IMG/VR virus record: IMGVR_UViG_3300031555_003397
DNA: 64,000 nt
Reading direction: 5' to 3' (one strand)
Origin: a virus
Taxonomy: Duplodnaviria > Heunggongvirae > Uroviricota > Caudoviricetes
This document shows positions 1-8,372 of this stretch, piece by piece. The number at the start of each line of letters is the position of its first letter. Positions within the stretch are counted from its first letter, which is position 1. The notes under the pieces were generated by a model. The model ran no database searches and was not told the origin of the DNA. It worked only from the letters and a program-made list of their open reading frames with translations. The translations under genes were made by a program, and so were the position numbers.

Positions 1-183
1 ATAGGTACCATTGTCAACTGCGCGAGTATATGACTCATCATTATATCCGAGCTTGGACTGATATTGGTCTTCCATATTATTTGGCCGCAATCCTGATTCA
101 GCAAGCAAATTGCCCATTAAACCAGCAACACCAAAATCGTTAAATCCTTCGGCTTTTAGGAAATCCCAAATTCTTTTTTCCAT
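1..183 (-). CDS. Endolysin / phage tail-lysozyme (Phage_lysozyme2-like) domain protein, N-terminal part (runs off the window)
   Basis: Manual translation MEKRIWDFLKAEGFNDFGVAGLMGNLLAESGLRPNN matches the IW..L...G......AG.MGN..AES signature of phi29 gp13-like lysozymes; SD AGAGGTGA upstream. Confidence 0.75.
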   Translation of the reverse strand, partial: MEKRIWDFLKAEGFNDFGVAGLMGNLLAESGLRPNNMEDQYQSKLGYNDESYTRAVDNGTY

Positions 184-233
184 TCAATCACCTCTGCATG
201 AAAGTAGCGATTCGTATAAAATAATTAAAAAAT

Positions 234-262
234 TTGATTTTTATTCTTTTTTATAATATAAT
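234..262 (+). promoter_or_regulatory. sigmaA-type promoter (TTGATT-N17-TATAAT)
   Basis: Hexamers at 234-239 and 257-262 with 17-nt spacing; member of a repeated promoter family. Confidence 0.7.
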
Positions 263-296
263 ATTTATATAATAAAATAGGAGACGTATAATTTAA

Positions 297-1247
297 ATGT
301 AGATTTTATTAGCAATTATTCTTTTAATTTATGTACTTACTATATTATATTATTGGAAACATAGTAAAAAGATATGGGAATAGTATTTAGAAAAGAAGAA
401 AGATGAAGTTGAAAAAGAAATTTCCGAGCGTATCGCTTATCGAGATGGTCTTGAATATGTAATTGAATCTCAAGAAAAAAATGTTAAAATATTGGAAGAC
501 TGCCTAAGACAAGGTGAGCATCAAAAAGAACTACTCTTTAAACAGCTAGAAGATTATGAAAAACAACAAATGGAATATATAAACCATCATGTTGAAGTCA
601 TAAAAGAAATCAAAACCAATGAGGCTCTAAATCAATTGGAAGAAGAGCGTGAACAAGCTGAAGCAGAATTTGAATGTATAAGAAAAGCTAAATAGAATGA
701 GATTGATGCACTCTCTGCTCAGATTGAATCTTTCCGATTAAAACAGGATGCTATAAGTCAAGAAATACTTAGACGGCGCGAATTAGAAGAAAAAGCAGAC
801 TTCTATCGAGTTTGTTTATCTGATGAAGCCATCACTGATATAACTGAATTACAGATAGTAAGACAAAAGTTGAAAAAACCAGAAATTCTTGATAAAATAA
901 TTTATGATACTTATGTAGCTAAACCAGTTCTTGAGATGATAAAAAGAGTTTTATAGAACTCCACTTGTTCAGGTATCTATAAAATTACTTGTCAAGAAAC
1001 AAAAGAGATTTATATTGGTAAATCAACTGATATAAAAAATAGATGGCAACAGCACTGCAAAACCGCATTTAATTGCGGTACTATTGCTTCTTCTTTACTA
1101 CATAGAAAAATGCAACAATATGGTATCGAAAATTTTACTTTTGAATTATTAGAAGTTGTTCCAAAAGACAAATTAAGTGAACGAGAAAAATTTTATATAG
1201 ACTTTTATAAAACTAAGGAGACTGGATTAAATGAACGAAATGGTTGA
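297..1247 (+). CDS. N-terminal TM helix + coiled coil + C-terminal GIY-YIG nuclease (4 in-frame TAG=Gln)
   Basis: Frame open from ATG 297 to TGA 1245-1247 when TAG at 300, 381, 693 and 954 is read through; hydrophobic N-terminus ILLAIILLIYVLTILYYW; GIYKITCQETKEIYIGKS...RW..H motif. Confidence 0.8.
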
Positions 1248-2310
1248 ATTAACTGAACAGCAACGCGCAATCGTTGAAGCAACCGAACCTAGAATTGTTG
1301 TTGTTGCTACGGCTGCTGCAGGTAAAACAAGATGTATTACAGAACGAGTAAGATGGCTTCTGAAACAGGGCATCCCTGGAGAAGAGATTGCTACTATCAC
1401 TTTTACAAATGCAGCGGCTGAAGAGATTTCTGAAAGATTAGGTAATCCCAAGGGCGTGTTTATTGGTACTATTCATTCTCTTGCAAACACTTATCTGAGA
1501 ATTGGAGGCGTTGATACCTCTAAGGTCTTGAATGACGAAAAATTTGATGACTTATTTAAGCTCATCAAAAAGAATCCTGAATGTGTTCAGCATGTAACTC
1601 ATTTGATTGTGGATGAGGCACAAGATTCTAATCCTCGTCAGTTTGAGTTTCTATTAGACATGATTGCTCCTGATAATTATATGCTGATGGGTGATCATCG
1701 TCAGTCTATTTATAGATTTAATGGCGCGACCCCAGAATATATTCTAAATCTAATGGAAAGCCCTGAAGTTACTACTTATGAACTAACCGAGAATTATCGT
1801 AATGCTCCAGAAATTTTGCAGTATGCTAAAAATGGTATTCGCACGCTAGGTAAGGATTATGAAGATTATTCCACTCCCATGAGCAAATTCCATGGTAGAG
1901 TTGTTGATGTTCCTTATTCTGGTGAAGGTATTGTAACTACAATTGAACGCTATGTTAATCGTGGTGATTGTGATTACAAGGATTGGTTTATTTTAACTCG
2001 AACTAATGCTGAGTTAGATGCAATCATGCAAGTATTAAATCGTCATAAAATTCCTGCCGATACCTTCAAGCGTGCACAGCTTGATAATAAGGGATTAAAA
2101 GAAAAAATGCGTGAAAATACTGTTAAAGTTTTAACTATTCACACAGCAAAAGGACTTGAAGCAGATAATGTTGTTGTTATTGGCGCCCGCTACAGAGACA
2201 TTGAAGAAAAATGTGTTAATTACGTTGCGGCAACCCGTGCAAGAAAACTATTGGTTTGGGCGTATAAAACCAATAGCCGTAAACCTAAGACTGAATATTG
2301 GGGTGGTTAA
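1231..2310 (+). CDS. Compact UvrD/Rep-type SF1A helicase
   Basis: Motifs AAAGKT, TFTNAAA, TIHS, VDEAQD, GDHRQSIY, ENYR, TIHTAKGLE, YVAATRA. Confidence 0.9.
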   Translation: MNEMVELTEQQRAIVEATEPRIVVVATAAAGKTRCITERVRWLLKQGIPGEEIATITFTNAAAEEISERLGNPKGVFIGTIHSLANTYLRIGGVDTSKVLNDEKFDDLFKLIKKNPECVQHVTHLIVDEAQDSNPRQFEFLLDMIAPDNYMLMGDHRQSIYRFNGATPEYILNLMESPEVTTYELTENYRNAPEILQYAKNGIRTLGKDYEDYSTPMSKFHGRVVDVPYSGEGIVTTIERYVNRGDCDYKDWFILTRTNAELDAIMQVLNRHKIPADTFKRAQLDNKGLKEKMRENTVKVLTIHTAKGLEADNVVVIGARYRDIEEKCVNYVAATRARKLLVWAYKTNSRKPKTEYWGG

Positions 2311-2550
2311 ATGACTGCTAATTTTCGCAAGCGCTACGACCAGATGATGAATGGTGGAGTAGCAGATTTTACCGAACATGAAGTTTTTGACTTCTTAATG
2401 CACATGGATTATTTTCATATTAATACTTTAAAGGTTCAATCCTGCAATGAAAAGTCAGATGAAGTAACAAAATGGTTTACTTGTAAAGTTGACCTTGAGA
2501 CTGTTAGATTATATAGAAAAGAAAAAAGAAGCGAAATGAGGATTGTCTAA
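2311..2550 (+). CDS. Hypothetical protein
   Basis: 79-aa ORF abutting the helicase stop. Confidence 0.6.
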   Translation: MTANFRKRYDQMMNGGVADFTEHEVFDFLMHMDYFHINTLKVQSCNEKSDEVTKWFTCKVDLETVRLYRKEKRSEMRIV

Positions 2551-2551
2551 T

Positions 2552-2580
2552 TTGACAATCCTCAAATTTTGTGTTATAAT
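2552..2580 (+). promoter_or_regulatory. sigmaA-type promoter (TTGACA-N17-TATAAT, extended -10 TG)
   Basis: Perfect consensus hexamers, 17-nt spacer. Confidence 0.85.
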
Positions 2581-2605
2581 AAAAGAAAATGAAAGGAGTT
2601 TCCGT

Positions 2606-2935
2606 ATGTATTTATTGCCAACTGGTAAAGAGCTTACTGAATTATACAGCCGCATAAGTCCAAGACAAATGTTTCTGCGGGCTGCGCGAGCGGCAATAAA
2701 TGAAGCTACGAGATTCGATGAAGCTATGCCTTATTTTGATGATATTGAAGATGACATCATAAATATGCGGCGCGACATCAATGGAAATCGCGCACCTTGG
2801 TATCTGTCTGATTATTCCAGAGGAACTGATTCTGTTAGATATAGAGGTAAAAGTTTTGAAATTGTTCCTGTTGAGCAGCCAAACTTCCCGGATGGACCCG
2901 GGGTTGAGCACGCATCAAGTTGGGATGAGATATAA
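2606..2935 (+). CDS. Hypothetical protein
   Basis: Start moved to ATG 2606 behind the promoter and SD AAGGAG. Confidence 0.65.
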   Translation: MYLLPTGKELTELYSRISPRQMFLRAARAAINEATRFDEAMPYFDDIEDDIINMRRDINGNRAPWYLSDYSRGTDSVRYRGKSFEIVPVEQPNFPDGPGVEHASSWDEI

Positions 2936-2947
2936 AGGAGAAAAGAA

Positions 2948-4807
2948 ATGGTAGAATATAATGCTCAATCAATTGAAACGCTTTCTTTTAGAGATGCCAT
3001 TCGTACCAGAGTGGCTATGTATATGGGTAGCGCCGATAACATGGGCGTTCTCCAATGCCTAAGAGAAATTATTACCAACTCCATTGATGAAGCAACAATG
3101 GGTTTTGGTAAGAAAATCACCGTAGAGTTATTTAAAAACAACTGTGTGCGTATTATGGATGAAGGTCGTGGTTGCCCCTTCGGTAAGCGTGAAGATGGCA
3201 CCGAAGCTCTCGAAGCTATTTACACTATGGCGCACTCTGGTGCAAAATTTAACGATAAAGTATTTCAGAATGTCGCTGGTATGAATGGTATTGGCGCGAA
3301 AGGCGTAGCTTTATCTTCTGATTATTTTAAGGTTGTTAGTTATCGTGATGGCAAGTTTGCCAAAATGGAATTGCGCAAAGGTATTATAGAAGATTATGAA
3401 GAAGGTAAACAGTTGAGTGGTAACATTACTGGCACTGTTGTTGAGTTTATTCCCTCTCCCGAAGTTTATAATCTTGAACCTATTAAGATTAACTTTGAGG
3501 ATGTAAAGAAAATGTGCCGTGATTGGTCTTACTTATCCAAGGGTATTAGTTTTATCTTAAAAGACCATACTACTGGCGAAAGTGTAACTTACCTATCTAA
3601 AAATGGTATGTTAGACTTTATGAAAGAAAATGCCGATAAAGCTCTTCATAAAACCCCTTTACATATTATATTATCTGAGAATGGCATTGAAGCCGAAATC
3701 GTTATGGAATGGACCAACAGTCGTTCTGAAACTTGGCACGTTTTTACCAATGGTCTAGAAAATTCTGAGGGCGGCACCAGCTTAACAGGTATCAAAACCG
3801 CACTAACCAACTTCTTTAAAAAGAAGCTAAAAGGTGATGGAAGTCCCGATGTTTTACGTAAAGGTTTATTCTATGCTGTAAGCTGTAAAGTCCCCAATCC
3901 TTCTTTCGCAAACCAGACCAAGACTAAGGTTAATAATCCCGAACTAAGAGGACTTTGCCAGCGCGCTACCACTCAGATGCTGGAAGAATTTGAATATCGT
4001 CATGGTGATGAATTCCAGAAGATTCTTGAGCTATTGACCAAAGAGCTGAAAGCCGAGGCAGCAGCAGAACGCGCCCGTAAGCAGGTACTTGAAGCTGTTA
4101 AGGATGTTGAAAAAAACCAAAAGAAAAAGGTATTTGCGTCTGATAAACTGAAGGATGCAGAATTCCTTGGCGAGAATTCTATTCTTCTTATTGCTGAGGG
4201 TGATTCTGCTATGGGTGGTCTAGCACAGGGTCGTGATTATACTCGCTATGGTATCATGGCAATTCGTGGTAAAATCATTAATGCTCTATCCAACCCCGAT
4301 GAAAAAGTTTATGAGAATGAAGAGATTAAACTACTTCTAAGCGCCATGAACATTATTCCTGGTAAATATGATGCGAAGAAATTGCGTTATGGCAAGTTAG
4401 CTATCTGCACTGACGCTGACTCTGATGGTTATCATATTGGTTTATTGATTATGGCTGCATTGGCGCACATCGCTCCTCAGTTTATTCGTGAAGGTAGGCT
4501 ATGTTGGCTACGTTCTCCTCTCCACATTGTTCATGACGGAAAGAAAGAATATTACTTCTTTACCGATGAAGAACTCGAACAAAATCGCCATAAAATTAAA
4601 GGCGAAGTGCAGAGAAACAAAGGTCTTGGCTCTCTTGAACCCGAACAGGCACGTGAGTCTATGTTTAATCCTGAACACCAGCGTATGGATGTAATGGAAT
4701 ATACCGAAGAAGCTATGAGTCTATTGTACTCTCTGATGGGTGAAGATGTGGCGCCTCGTAGAGATTTTATTATGAAGAATGTTGATTTTACGGAGATTCG
4801 TGAATGA
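2948..4807 (+). CDS. gyrB: Type IIA topoisomerase / DNA gyrase subunit B
   Basis: GHKL motifs EIITNSIDE, DEGRG, GMNGIG; TOPRIM EGDSA, DADSDG; KGLG. Confidence 0.95.
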   Translation: MVEYNAQSIETLSFRDAIRTRVAMYMGSADNMGVLQCLREIITNSIDEATMGFGKKITVELFKNNCVRIMDEGRGCPFGKREDGTEALEAIYTMAHSGAKFNDKVFQNVAGMNGIGAKGVALSSDYFKVVSYRDGKFAKMELRKGIIEDYEEGKQLSGNITGTVVEFIPSPEVYNLEPIKINFEDVKKMCRDWSYLSKGISFILKDHTTGESVTYLSKNGMLDFMKENADKALHKTPLHIILSENGIEAEIVMEWTNSRSETWHVFTNGLENSEGGTSLTGIKTALTNFFKKKLKGDGSPDVLRKGLFYAVSCKVPNPSFANQTKTKVNNPELRGLCQRATTQMLEEFEYRHGDEFQKILELLTKELKAEAAAERARKQVLEAVKDVEKNQKKKVFASDKLKDAEFLGENSILLIAEGDSAMGGLAQGRDYTRYGIMAIRGKIINALSNPDEKVYENEEIKLLLSAMNIIPGKYDAKKLRYGKLAICTDADSDGYHIGLLIMAALAHIAPQFIREGRLCWLRSPLHIVHDGKKEYYFFTDEELEQNRHKIKGEVQRNKGLGSLEPEQARESMFNPEHQRMDVMEYTEEAMSLLYSLMGEDVAPRRDFIMKNVDFTEIRE

Positions 4808-5016
4808 TTATCAACAATAAAGTTCTAAGTGGTAGTATTTATATAGATGGAGAATTATGGGCAACATTTTCTAATCATGACCCAAAGTGTCCTTTATTCA
4901 GTTTTTGTAATTGTAAAACTGCCGCTTGTCGGGTAATGTTGCCAGATGAAAGTTGTTACTGGTATCGTTATTTTAAAAAACTAATTGAGGAAAAACAAAA
5001 TGAGCAAAATTCTTGA
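4804..5016 (+). CDS. Small Cys-rich hypothetical protein
   Basis: 70 aa, 5 Cys clustered, ATGA overlap with gyrB stop. Confidence 0.6.
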   Translation: MIINNKVLSGSIYIDGELWATFSNHDPKCPLFSFCNCKTAACRVMLPDESCYWYRYFKKLIEEKQNEQNS

Positions 5017-5188
5017 TATGGCTGTGGCCATAGATGAAGAGTTCGATAAATTACGCTATGAAATCGAAACAATACATTGTCACGCTAATCAACTCGAAGA
5101 ACAATTGGCTTGTCAAAAAGTGAAGAACCGTGCCATGGCTAGTATGCTTCGAGAGTTAGCTGATAGATTGGAACGAGAGGAAATTTGA
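5000..5188 (+). CDS. Small coiled-coil hypothetical protein
   Basis: ORF with SD GAGG; heptad-like helix. Confidence 0.55.
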   Translation: MSKILDMAVAIDEEFDKLRYEIETIHCHANQLEEQLACQKVKNRAMASMLRELADRLEREEI

Positions 5189-5213
5189 TTTTCCTCTCAA
5201 TTTCTAATATAAT
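5185..5213 (+). promoter_or_regulatory. sigmaA-type promoter (TTGATT-N17-TATAAT) upstream of the gyrA unit
   Basis: Hexamers at 5185-5190 and 5208-5213. Confidence 0.7.
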
Positions 5214-5232
5214 AAAGAAAGTGAGCGAGAAA

Positions 5233-5430
5233 ATGAAAAATTTTTTACCAAATACTCATGATGTTCATATTGTAAAAGCTAAATACAAGAAACCAAAAGA
5301 AAAAATATGTAAAAAGTGTTTATCTTTTACAATTATTAAAAAGAGCTATTCGCATGAAAAGTTAAACTGGTGTCAATATTATGGTAAAGTAGTTGACCCA
5401 AAATGTGAAGGATGTAAGAAATTTCGTTAA
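5233..5430 (+). CDS. Small basic Cys-rich (CxxC...C...CxxC) hypothetical protein
   Basis: ICKKC...WC...KCEGC; start moved downstream of the promoter. Confidence 0.55.
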   Translation: MKNFLPNTHDVHIVKAKYKKPKEKICKKCLSFTIIKKSYSHEKLNWCQYYGKVVDPKCEGCKKFR

Positions 5431-5442
5431 AGGAGAGAGGAA

Positions 5443-7794
5443 ATGGCTGAATTAAAACCAATTATTGAACAGTCAATGACGCAGTATGCAGGTGCTGTTC
5501 TACAGTCTCGTGCGCTGGTCGATGTGCGCGATTGCCTAAAGCCTTCCGCACGACAGATTTTCTTCTGTATGGACAAATATAAATATACCGCAGATAAGCC
5601 CTTCCAGCCTACTGCCGCTGCAATGGGTGATGCTATGAAGCATTTTTATATTCATGGTGATAGTTCCTGTGTTGGTATTATTATGCGTGCCGGTTAGAGT
5701 TTTGCTATGCGCTATCCTCTTGTTGAAGTAAGAGGTAATGCTGGTACCCTACTTTCCTCTGGAAACTGGGCAGCAGAAAGATATACCAAGGCTCGTCTGT
5801 CTAAGTTGGCAAAATTTTTATTTGCTGATATTGATAAAAATACTATTGATGATTGGCGTGATAACTATGCTGACAATGAGCAATATCCTGGAGTGCTTCC
5901 TACAAAGGGATTTTACAATCTTGTAAATGGTACCAGTGGTATTGGTATTGGTATGGCTTGTTCTGTCCCTCAGTACAATATTAAAGAGCTAAACAACGCT
6001 CTTATTCATCTTATTGATAATCCAGATTGTGATTTTGATGAAATCTATTGCGCTCCGGACTTTGCTACCGGCGCCATCTTATATAATGAATCTGATGTAA
6101 AGGAATCTATGAAAAAAGGCACTGGCTTTGCTTGTAAGTTAAGAAGTGTTGTTGAATTTGATTCCAAGGAAAGATGCTTTGTAGTAACTGAAATTCCCTA
6201 TGGCGTTTATACTAACACTATTTGCGGCCAGCTTGAGGAAATAGTAAATGGTGAGGATAATCCTGGTATTGAAAGATTTAATGACCTTACCGGTTCCACT
6301 CCGCTGATTAAAATTTACTTAGCAAAGAAAGCCAATCCCGATAAGGTATTGAAGTATTTGTATAAGAATACTTTCTTGCAGTATCATTATGGTATTAACT
6401 TTACTATGCTAGATAATGGTCGCTTTCCTCGTGTCTTCGGCTGGAAAGAAATGCTTCAGGCGCATATTGACCATGAGAGAGTAGTATATCGCAGAGCCTT
6501 TGAATTTGATTTAAACAAGATTAAAAGTCGTATTCATATCATTGACGGCTTACTGATTTGTATGGCACGAATCGAAGAAGTTGTTCAAACTATTCGTAAT
6601 TCTGCTTCTACTGCGGCCGCATCAACCGCATTGCAGGCTAACTTCTTGCTTGATGAAGTACAAGCCAAAGCAGTTCTTGATATGAAGTTAAGTCGTTTGG
6701 CTCATCTTGAAGTTAAGAAGCTGGAAAATGAAAGAACTGAATTAGTAGCTAAAGCAGAAGCCATTGAAAAGATTCTTAATAATGAGGAACTTTTCAAAGA
6801 AGAAATCAAAAAGGGATGGCGTGAAGTAGCTGATAAATTTGGTGATGCTCGTAGAACGAAGATTATTAACATTGCAAAAGAAGATGAAGAGCCAACTGAA
6901 ATTCGTTCGCTCCAAATTTCTATGACGAATCGAAATAATCTTTACTTATCAGAGGTTTCCACTCTTTATAAGCAAAAGCGCGGTGGAGTTGGAAGTAAAG
7001 CAAAGCTGGAAGCCGGCGAATATGTTATCCACTCAGAACAAATTGAATCTAATGAAGAAATTGCTTTCTTCACTCACAGTGGAGACTTCTACCACTACCC
7101 AGCGGCCGCTCTACCTGTGGGAGAAAGAGTTGCTATTGAATCTCTATTCGGCCTATCTGGAGGGGAAAGAATCGTTGCTATTTCTTCCTTTAACAAGAGA
7201 AAAGCAGAAAAGAATATTGTATTCTTCACCAAAAATGGATTTGTAAAGAAATCTGAATTGTCTGAATACAACTTAAAACGCTCTGGTAGTCTAAAGGCAA
7301 TTAACCTAGATAGCAACGATGAAATTGCTTCTATTTTGTTCATTGATAACGAAGATGTTGGTATCATGACAGAATTCGGTAATTTCATTCGTATTACTAC
7401 AAAAGACATTCGTCCTATTGGACGTATTGCTAAGGGTATTCGTGGAATTAAGTTAAATGATGGAGATGCTGTATGTTGTGCTTATCCTATTAAACCTGAT
7501 GCTCAGTATATCATTTCCGTTACTTCCTCTGGTCTGTTTAAGAAAACTCCTATTAGTGAATTCACTGTACAAGGTAAAAATACTAAGGGAGCAAAGATTC
7601 ACAAATTAACCGGTAAGGATTTTATGGCAGATTTTGTATCTCTTGGTGCAGAAACAGAAATTCTAGTTGCATCTAGTAAATCCTGTATTAAATTGTCTAT
7701 CAATGATGTTCCCACTTTAAGCCGTGTAACACAGGGCGCGAAAGCAATCAAAATTTCCGAAACAGATAAAATTATTGGAATTTCGCTTTATTAA
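5443..7794 (+). CDS. gyrA: DNA gyrase subunit A (783 aa; TAG 5695-5697 = Gln)
   Basis: Track ORFs 5443-5697 and 5707-7794 join in frame; RAG*SFAMRYPL aligns to the canonical RMAQ(D/P)FSMRYPL; catalytic AAERYTKARL; GyrA-box QKRGGVG; beta-pinwheel repeats. Confidence 0.95.
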
Positions 7795-7797
7795 AAT

Positions 7798-7826
7798 TTG
7801 AAAATCTATAAATTTTCTGATATAAT
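7798..7826 (+). promoter_or_regulatory. sigmaA-type promoter (TTGAAA-N17-TATAAT, TGn extended -10)
   Basis: Hexamers at 7798-7803 and 7821-7826. Confidence 0.75.
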
Positions 7827-7832
7827 ATATAT

Positions 7833-7915
7833 ACAATGATTGAGAGAAAGAAAGTTGAACCTCCTCTATGATTGAACGGCCTAGTAAATTTTCTTTCTCA
7901 AAATTATTGGCTCAG
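7833..7915 (+). ncRNA. Candidate small hairpin RNA with an anti-Shine-Dalgarno loop
   Basis: Lies between two promoters with no long ORF; stem GAGAAAGAAA (7844-7853) / TTTCTTTCTC (7890-7899); loop contains ACCTCCTCT. Confidence 0.35.
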
Positions 7916-7920
7916 AAAAT

Positions 7921-7949
7921 TTGAAAATAAAAAGATTTTCTGGTATAAT
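7921..7949 (+). promoter_or_regulatory. sigmaA-type promoter (TTGAAA-N17-TATAAT, TGn)
   Basis: Hexamers at 7921-7926 and 7944-7949. Confidence 0.75.
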
Positions 7950-8030
7950 ATTTATAGAAAGTGAGAGATAACTCGCTTCTAAATAAATTAAAACAAAACA
8001 AAAAGTCGAATTGACAAGGAGAAAATCACA

Positions 8031-8285
8031 ATGAAGCTAACTGAAAAGTCTATGGAAGTCTACAATTACATCAAGGAGAACGGTGGTCGTGTTTCCATCG
8101 AGGAACTGGCTGCTGGTCTGAACCGTACCCCTCGTTCTGTTAACGCTAACGTTACCGACCTGTGCTCTGAGAAGAAGGGCCTGGCTATGCGTGAGAAGGT
8201 TAAGGGTGAAGGCGAGGATGCAAAGGACATCACCTATGTTGTTCTGACCGAAGCCGGCAAGACCTTTGTTCCCTCTGAGGACTGA
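8031..8285 (+). CDS. Small winged-helix DNA-binding protein
   Basis: VYNYIKENGGRVSIEELAAGLNRTPRSVNANVTDL helix-turn-helix followed by a beta wing; strong SD, biased codons. Confidence 0.7.
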   Translation: MKLTEKSMEVYNYIKENGGRVSIEELAAGLNRTPRSVNANVTDLCSEKKGLAMREKVKGEGEDAKDITYVVLTEAGKTFVPSED

Positions 8286-8293
8286 TTTTAATA

Positions 8294-8320
8294 GTGGGGC
8301 TTTAAGCCCCACATTTTTAT
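8294..8320 (+). terminator. Rho-independent terminator
   Basis: GTGGGGCT-tta-AGCCCCAC followed by ATTTTT. Confidence 0.75.
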
Positions 8321-8324
8321 CAGC

Positions 8325-8348
8325 AAATGAAACTTTAAATGAAACTTT
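8325..8348 (+). repeat. 12-bp tandem direct repeat (AAATGAAACTTT)x2 upstream of ssb
   Basis: Read directly. Confidence 0.8.
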
Positions 8349-8372
8349 AAACAAAACAAGGAGATAAACTTA

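Noticed and set aside
2543-2605. Track starts at 2543, 5185, 21071 and 24127
   Set aside because: These extensions run through promoter elements or an upstream gene; SD-supported downstream ATGs (2606, 5233, 21101, 24148) were used.
5695-5697. TAG as pyrrolysine, Ser, or ordinary leaky readthrough
   Set aside because: TAG aligns with conserved Gln in GyrA, RecJ, RuvC and an internal TMP repeat, and it is too dense in the tail genes for leaky readthrough.
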